64,000 bases of DNA, taken from Cyanidioschyzon merolae (Eukaryota). Positions 57,603-64,000 of this stretch are shown here, piece after piece. The position numbers and the translations under genes were made by a program. The notes beneath the pieces were generated by a model. It did no database searches. It was not told the origin of the DNA and saw only the letters and a list, made by a program, of their open reading frames with translations. The stretch lies in assembly GCA_000091205.1 (NCBI GenBank), contig AP006485.2; one strand, given 5' to 3'. The first letter of the stretch is position 1. Every line of letters begins with the position of its first letter.

Positions 57603-58524
57603 GCTAATCGATCCCAGCGCGTGTACGGTGCAGAGATCGTCGCGTCTTGAGCGGGCGTTTTGGCTCGCGGCGAACACGGTGCCTGGATCTGTTCGTCTCT
57701 GGTTGCAAAACCTGACTGAGCGCGTTGGCAGCCACAGTCGCGCAGGATGGCAACGACGTTTGATTAGTATGGGTACATGCGAGCCGAGCATCCCTGGATG
57801 CAACGGCACATAAAGCGCGCTCACGAAATTCCGTTCGCGATGGGCGTCGTGTAACGCCGAGGCTCGATGCCGGTGCGATGAATGGGCTGCTTTGTAAAGT
57901 TTATTCCTTTTTGTGTAGTAATGATAGTATATGACGCATATGGTCCGCATCCGCGCACGCAACGTGTCCTTTCGTATGGCGTTCCGTGCGCGCACCGACA
58001 CGACGGCACGGCCTGTCGTGCGCCGTCCGCTATATGCGCCAGTCTGAAGACGCTCACCTGTCCGGCGACCGTGTCATAGAGCAGCACACGAGGACACTGG
58101 CTCGGGGAAGAGCAACGACCCGTTGAGCACCCAACTATGGTCGAGGCATCATATATCAGATATCCTCTGCTGGCGTTGAGCGCAGGGCACGCACCAAACA
58201 CGAAGCATGGGATTCGCGTGCCCCTGCGCCAGCATCCAGTTCGATCGAATACATGGTCACCAAAAGACACCGTGGTATATTATAGTCAAAACCTATATAT
58301 AACGGCATTTTTTGGCCATTTTATTGACATACTCAAGCTGCGCGTTCATGTCGCACATCGCCGCCGCCGCTGCCGCTGCCGTCGTCAATGTCCGGCTGTC
58401 GATCAAGAGCGCCAGCACTGCGCTGCGGTGCGCTGCCCAGCGAAGCGCGAACGTGTCTGTAGACACGTGCCGCGTTTTCGAGTCTTAGCGACCTCGATCG
58501 GTCTAGGAACAGTTCAGGGGTGCT

Positions 58525-60111
58525 ATGCGTTTGTCAAGGATCTCTCGTGCGGTGGCGTTTTGCCTGCTTCCTCTGTTATTCGCAGCTGCAGTTTTGGCTG
58601 CGAAGAGTGGAGCGTCGGCTTCAGTGTCGCTGAACGAGAAAACGTTCGATAAGCAGATCAACGCGCACCGCATAGCGTTGGTCAAGTTTATTGCCCCATG
58701 GTGTGGTCACTGCAAGCGAATGAAGGAAGACTGGGACGCAGCTGCGGTGGATTTGAGCGGACAGAAGGATCTTTTGGTTGCAGAGGTCGACGCAACCGTG
58801 GAAACCAAGTTACGTGATCGTTTCGAGATTCGAGGGTTTCCGACCATTAAACTATTCGTGAACGGCAAGCCGGTTGCCGACTATAACGGTGAACGCACCA
58901 AAGACGCGCTGGTCAACTTTGTTCGTCGGCAAATGACACCTCCCGTCGTGGTTGTGAACAGTTCCGCACAAGTCTCCGCGTTGAATGTGGATAAAGAGCG
59001 GGCTCGGGTGGTTGCCTATCTGCCAGAGACGCTCTCGGCAACAGAACGAGCAGCGCGGCTGACACAGCTCGAACAGGCAGCCCGAACTTTGCGCGAGCTC
59101 TTCCCAGACCTGATGTTTTACCAAACGAGTGACGTGGAGGCTGCCCACGCGCTCGGTGCAGACGCGCATCCAGCGCTCGCGAAGGATACGGCTGCTATCG
59201 TTGTGGCGCGGCCGCATACCGAGTCCGAGTCCGTTCAGGAGCGCGTGCATATTAAGGCATGGGATGCACCAGGTGCGGCAGGCACTCGACAGGACAAAAC
59301 AGAGGACACGACGGAGCCACTGCAGCAGTTCATTCGGCTGCATGCGGTGCCACTCGTTGGCGAGATCTCCCAGGCAACTGCAGAGTTGTACCAGGATATC
59401 GGGAACCCGTTGTTTATTATGTTCGACGATGCACCACACAAACCAGAGCAAAAGGGCGTGTCCATCATGAAGCAGATGGCGAAGAAGTATCGTTCGCGAA
59501 TCAGTTTCGTGCTGGCGGACGCGGAGAAACTTGCACGATTTCGCGAATACATCGGGTGTACGGACGGCAGGCGTTTTGCGATCCATGTGCTTGGCGAGGA
59601 TAGCAATTTCATTTACGACGGTGCAACCGACGAGGCGTCCATCGAAAAATTCATCTCGGATTATCTCGATGGTAAGCTGCAGCCGACGCTACGCTCCGAG
59701 GAGCCTCCAGCAGAGAACACGGGTCCCGTACAGGTTGTTGTAGGCAAAACCTGGGATCAAATCGTCATGGACCCGGAGAAAGACGTCTTTGTGGAACAGT
59801 ATGCTCCCTGGTGTGGACACTGTCGCAATCTGGAACCAGCATATGAAGAACTTGCACGCAAACTAGCACCAGTGAAAACCGTGGTCATCGCCAAGATGGA
59901 TGCGACGAAAAACGATGCGCCTGGCGAGTACAAAGCTCGCGGTTTCCCGACGCTGCTCTTCTTCCCAGCAGGTTCGACAAAAAAATCCATTCGATATGAG
60001 GGTGATCGTTCCGTTGCGGACATGCTTTCGTTCATCCAGAAACATGCGACGCACAAGTTCACGCTCCCGAGCAGCGCGGACTCGATAGAAACAGAAAAGG
60101 ACGAATTATAA
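58525..60111 (+). CDS. PDI: Protein disulfide isomerase (ER lumenal, two thioredoxin active sites, KDEL retrieval signal)
   Basis: N-terminal signal peptide (MRLSRISRAVAFCLLPLLFAAAVLAA). Two APWCGHC active-site boxes, one near residue 57 and one near residue 415. The C-terminus is ...ETEKDEL. Confidence 0.92.
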   Translation: MRLSRISRAVAFCLLPLLFAAAVLAAKSGASASVSLNEKTFDKQINAHRIALVKFIAPWCGHCKRMKEDWDAAAVDLSGQKDLLVAEVDATVETKLRDRFEIRGFPTIKLFVNGKPVADYNGERTKDALVNFVRRQMTPPVVVVNSSAQVSALNVDKERARVVAYLPETLSATERAARLTQLEQAARTLRELFPDLMFYQTSDVEAAHALGADAHPALAKDTAAIVVARPHTESESVQERVHIKAWDAPGAAGTRQDKTEDTTEPLQQFIRLHAVPLVGEISQATAELYQDIGNPLFIMFDDAPHKPEQKGVSIMKQMAKKYRSRISFVLADAEKLARFREYIGCTDGRRFAIHVLGEDSNFIYDGATDEASIEKFISDYLDGKLQPTLRSEEPPAENTGPVQVVVGKTWDQIVMDPEKDVFVEQYAPWCGHCRNLEPAYEELARKLAPVKTVVIAKMDATKNDAPGEYKARGFPTLLFFPAGSTKKSIRYEGDRSVADMLSFIQKHATHKFTLPSSADSIETEKDEL

Positions 60112-63100
60112 ACGGGTATCATTCGTGTTGCGTGCTCATTCCGGGTATGGTGCCGCGTCCGTCATGTGCTGGGCATATGGCACGTTTCCGTTCCAAGGAG
60201 CGTCTCTGGTACCGCGCAACGCTTCCTCTGAGCTGGAGGCATGCCGATGCACCTCGCAGAGAACCGCGAACGCCTCCTCGTGATGCTGTTGCAACAGCAT
60301 CACAAGAATCACTGCACGGGACCTCACTCGAAACGTTGAGATGAGCGCATCGCGCCCCTACCCCGACGGTACGCTTTGGCGGTGCGACTTGTCGACTCCG
60401 ACGCATCAGCGATGTGCGGCTCGGACAAGCACAACGGCGATGATAACGATGGTGCTGGTGATTCTGCAGCGCTACACGCGATGCGAGAAAGGCATCCGTT
60501 TGCCGACGCTGTCGATCGAGGATACGCAAAGCTGTCTCGAGTCGTGGAACCCCATGATCGTCGATTTGTTACCTCTGGGCATTGCCCGCGGTATGCATGT
60601 GGTGCTCTAGACTCTCCGGAATGCCCAGGTGTATGAAAGGAGAGCCCTGCTCAAGGCGAGCGTTGAATGCGCCCTCACCAGATCACGGATTCTAGACGTG
60701 CAAGTCCTCAGCGATGCGGTACAATGCCGAAAAGCGCACGTGACCCGATCACTTTGGACATTCGCTCGACAAATAGCCCGTAGACGCTGCAGTTGCACAA
60801 GACCTTTCCATATGTTGATCGAAGCATTCGAGTCTCGATACGATGAGCACTTGCATGCAATGGTGGTGGTGATGGGGGTTGTGCAACCACACCCTTGCAA
60901 GCCTCCCAACAACAATGCTCGTACCGTACAGCAATCGGTACGTTTACCACCCACCATCTTATGTGCAAAATGGTCTGTTTCACGCGCTTCTTCTCGATCT
61001 GTATCCACATGCGTCCTTGCTCATGTCGCGGCAACTTCGTCATGAAATCGTCCACGGGTATTGTGTAGAAACGATTCCGGGACTCGTCGTATGTCGCCTT
61101 CGAAGGAGCAGGCGTGCAGTCAGTTCGAAAAGCAGCATGTAGAGCGCATTAACCTTGCACCGGCAAACGCCTCAATGATCGGTCGTTGCCTTTGGCATTT
61201 CATGGAACAAGTCGGCGAGTACATGCTTGTAACCGGTTCGTTCAACCGTATCCGTTGGCGACGCCAGCGCGTTCTCATGAACGTCTGCGGGAGAGCGTTC
61301 GCATGCGCCAGTTGGACGCTTGTGGACTCTCTGAACAAGGCAGTCAACGCATCTCACGCTGCTCAGTACGATGCATGGAGCCTCGAAAGGGGTCCTGACG
61401 CTGCCGCTGCGCCACCGTTCTGTATGTCGTATGGCGCGCATCATGTCCGACTCTCAAAGAAACCTACCCGCTGGATAGCTGAGCATCCTCATCTGCTATC
61501 CGCACATGTCCTGCGCTCCAGCCTTTTGAGCTGGAGGTACGTTTATGCCCACGAGGGACATCGCCTGGGATCCACGGTCACGATGAACGCACTCGCGTTA
61601 TCGCCCATGAGACATTGAGAAAGAGTCTCGGAGTTAATCTAGACCTAGGTTTTGCATAGTGCATGCAAGTAGATAGCATGGCGGTGTTTATCGTTCGTGA
61701 GGATATCGTTACGTTTCCTCATTGGAAACGGCTGTCCTCGAACGAACTCTGCAGATGCCCTTGGCAACAGCGCTCGAGTACTTGATACCTGCGTCCAGCC
61801 ATGACTTGTAGCTCAAAAAAGCGGCAATGCAGCACATTATAGAAAAGTCTGCAGGGATAACATCGGCCTCGATCTGACATATTGGAGCCATATCGAGTAG
61901 GCGCTGCTAGAATCGAGGGCGCTCAGATCCTTTCTGGATGTCTGTTTCAGCGTGGAGGACGCTGTTCAGGAAATTATATGAGCGCAAGGTGCACGACCGG
62001 CAGGTATTACGTCTTCGCAATCCCCTGTATGCAACGTCCATCAGTCCGAGGACGAGTTCGGCACACCAAGTTCGGACGATCCCACGCGACCGCTGCTCCC
62101 GTCACACAGGTTGCACCGAACGTGCACCAATCTCTTCCGCAACCACCAGGTCCTCGTTTGCAGCCATCAAGACCGAACGGGTCCCTTTTCCCGTGTGCCT
62201 ACTTTCGAGGCCAATAAGGTGAGGTTACACCTGCTCCAGGATGCAGTTTGTGAATCGGTCGATACGGACCGGCATCGAGTTTTGGCTTGCAAGGTTGCCT
62301 CGAAACTTGTCAACGTGTGCGCTGTTGATGTTCAGGTCATCCATGTGGCACGACTACTCGTCAAAATATTCTGGGAGGCGTGTGTGCGCTCGTCTTTGAT
62401 GTTACGATCAGTACTCCATGCATTTTCGGTGCCGTACCTCAGTTTTGTTGCCGCACAGATGTTCGATCGAACAATGCCAATGCCATGCGGACAGCGGGGC
62501 GTTCTGCGTCTAGAAATGCCAACGGAAGATAGCTTGACGAGGTGCCTGATGGAACGAGACGCTAGACGAGGCTTCTTTGAGCCAAGAGCTACGCGAACTG
62601 TCATGATGCCCGGGAGCTCGCTTTTGCGGAGATCCACGCGTTTGACATGTTTCGCTAGGGATGCGTCGACAATGGTTTCAGACTGAAACCCACATTCCGA
62701 TCGTTGCTCTTTTCTGTTCCTTCTTGTCCTCTTTGTCTGATGTATTCTTCTCCTTCCCTATCTATGATCTTGCGGGCTAGCATCCATGCGGTCAATGTAA
62801 TCTGTATCCGTTTACTCCCGAAGGATGCACGCGGCCTGTATGGATACTGAAGCTGCTACGCACCTTCTCTACGCACTTGCACAGCATTCCACGAGGGCCT
62901 TCTCGTTACAGTCTCCATCGCGAGCTGGTCCACAGTCCGAAGCGAGCCTCTCAGCTCCCTCTCGTGCAAGAGCAGAGAACCAACAGACAGGTTCAGGCCA
63001 GGTGAATGTCGTAGAAAACGATTCTTTGCGGATGCGAAGGGCTCCTCTATTGATCCGAACTGGTAAGCATCGCGTTCGACAACCGAGAAGACGCCCCTCG

Positions 63101-64000
63101 ACCGTATTGTAGCGGGTACAAGACGCTCGCCTGAAGAGCAGCTCCATACCAGTCTCAGTCGCGTACTTGCTGGCCTTTTCTGAGCGATGTACAGCGATTT
63201 TGACCTTGTGCAGGACAGAGCAATACGACTGGGAGAATTTCCAAAATACCTCGACAAGTCATGAGGTATTGAACGACCCCGTCCTTTCGGCAATTTCTAG
63301 GCGACCGCACTTGACAGCATCAGCGCTGGGCCTGATGTCGTCGGAGAGCTCGCCTGCAACTTGGTAACGCATACAAAAGTGCGCTTATTTGAGTACCCGT
63401 ATTCGGGACTACCATTCCTCCCAAATCAAGTTTCTTCGAGTGAGATGCATACACGTCCATCCTGGAGCAAGCCTTCACCCTGTCGTATAAAATCGATGGT
63501 GGGTGGTTCAATGCGCGAGTCGCTCTCCCAGAGAAGCCCTCGTTTGTCTGCATCTATGCGGACCTTTTCATGGCCTGTTGTATTGAGGGCATTCAATTCA
63601 ACAGCTTGTATCCTCTATGGATGTATTTCTAGAAGACCGTGTAGAGTAGCACGGCTTCTCGCGGAGGCAGTCGTATCCATGTAGATTGACGTGTTCTGTT
63701 TCGGGTGCATGTTGCTCATGGTAACGATTACAAGAATTATGTCTGATGCACCTGCTTGTCATAGATCACCTGACTTGGACAATGGTAACCGTTTGTTACG
63801 CAGCCCAGCAGACACCTGCATCAATGCTCTCACCGCGGCTTGTCACCAGTCCATAGGATACACGGCGTTCGCTGAAGATCTGCAACAAGAATACACGAAT
63901 TAGACTACACTGGACCAATATTCCAGAATGCATCGCGCTGAGCATACCCGTCCATAGAGTGCAACAGCGCTGATGCGCACGAGGAGCCTCGATATCACCC

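Noticed and set aside
1-64000. Prokaryotic interpretation suggested by dense two-strand ORF coverage
   Set aside because: The products are eukaryotic (SLC25 carriers, KDEL-PDI, RCC1, DEAH helicase, nucleolar cpGTPase). Polyglutamine and low-complexity tracts and an intron-containing tRNA are present. The ORF density is a GC-content artefact.

Overview
This window is a GC-rich, compact, apparently intron-poor eukaryotic nuclear region. Gene-sized ORFs alternate between strands at roughly one per 3-4 kb. Their products are eukaryotic: two SLC25 mitochondrial carriers, an ER protein disulfide isomerase ending in KDEL, an RCC1-repeat protein, a roughly 2000-aa DEAH-box helicase, a circularly permuted nucleolar-type GTPase, and an organellar RF2-type release factor. 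The high GC content produces many spurious overlapping ORFs in the six-frame track, so only ORFs with recognisable motifs or clear length dominance are called. The track also uses alternative start codons (for example TTG), so N-termini are uncertain.

Three things stand out. First, there are two diverged copies of a TnpB/Fanzor-like RuvC nuclease gene: a nearly full-length copy at 16.0-18.15 kb and a C-terminal fragment at 1.27-1.85 kb. Each carries the RuvC-III-like NRDxNxAxNI motif, and each is broken by a single in-frame stop at a different position. Second, a tRNA-Met(CAU) gene at 12681-12803 (minus) is split by two introns, one ectopic in the D-loop and one at the canonical 37/38 position. 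Multi-intron nuclear tRNA genes of this kind are known from Cyanidioschyzon-type red algae, which is an inference about the source and not proof. Third, there are two AT-rich tandem arrays (102 bp x ~7 at 45.2-45.9 kb; 87 bp x 3 at 55.7-55.9 kb) and a roughly 170-bp dispersed repeat present twice (41.7 kb and 50.0 kb).

Several 2-4 kb stretches (6.1-8.6, 18.3-21.3, 26.3-30.3, 40.4-42.7, 60.1-64.0 kb) have no convincing gene. No rRNA, CRISPR array or telomeric repeat was seen.
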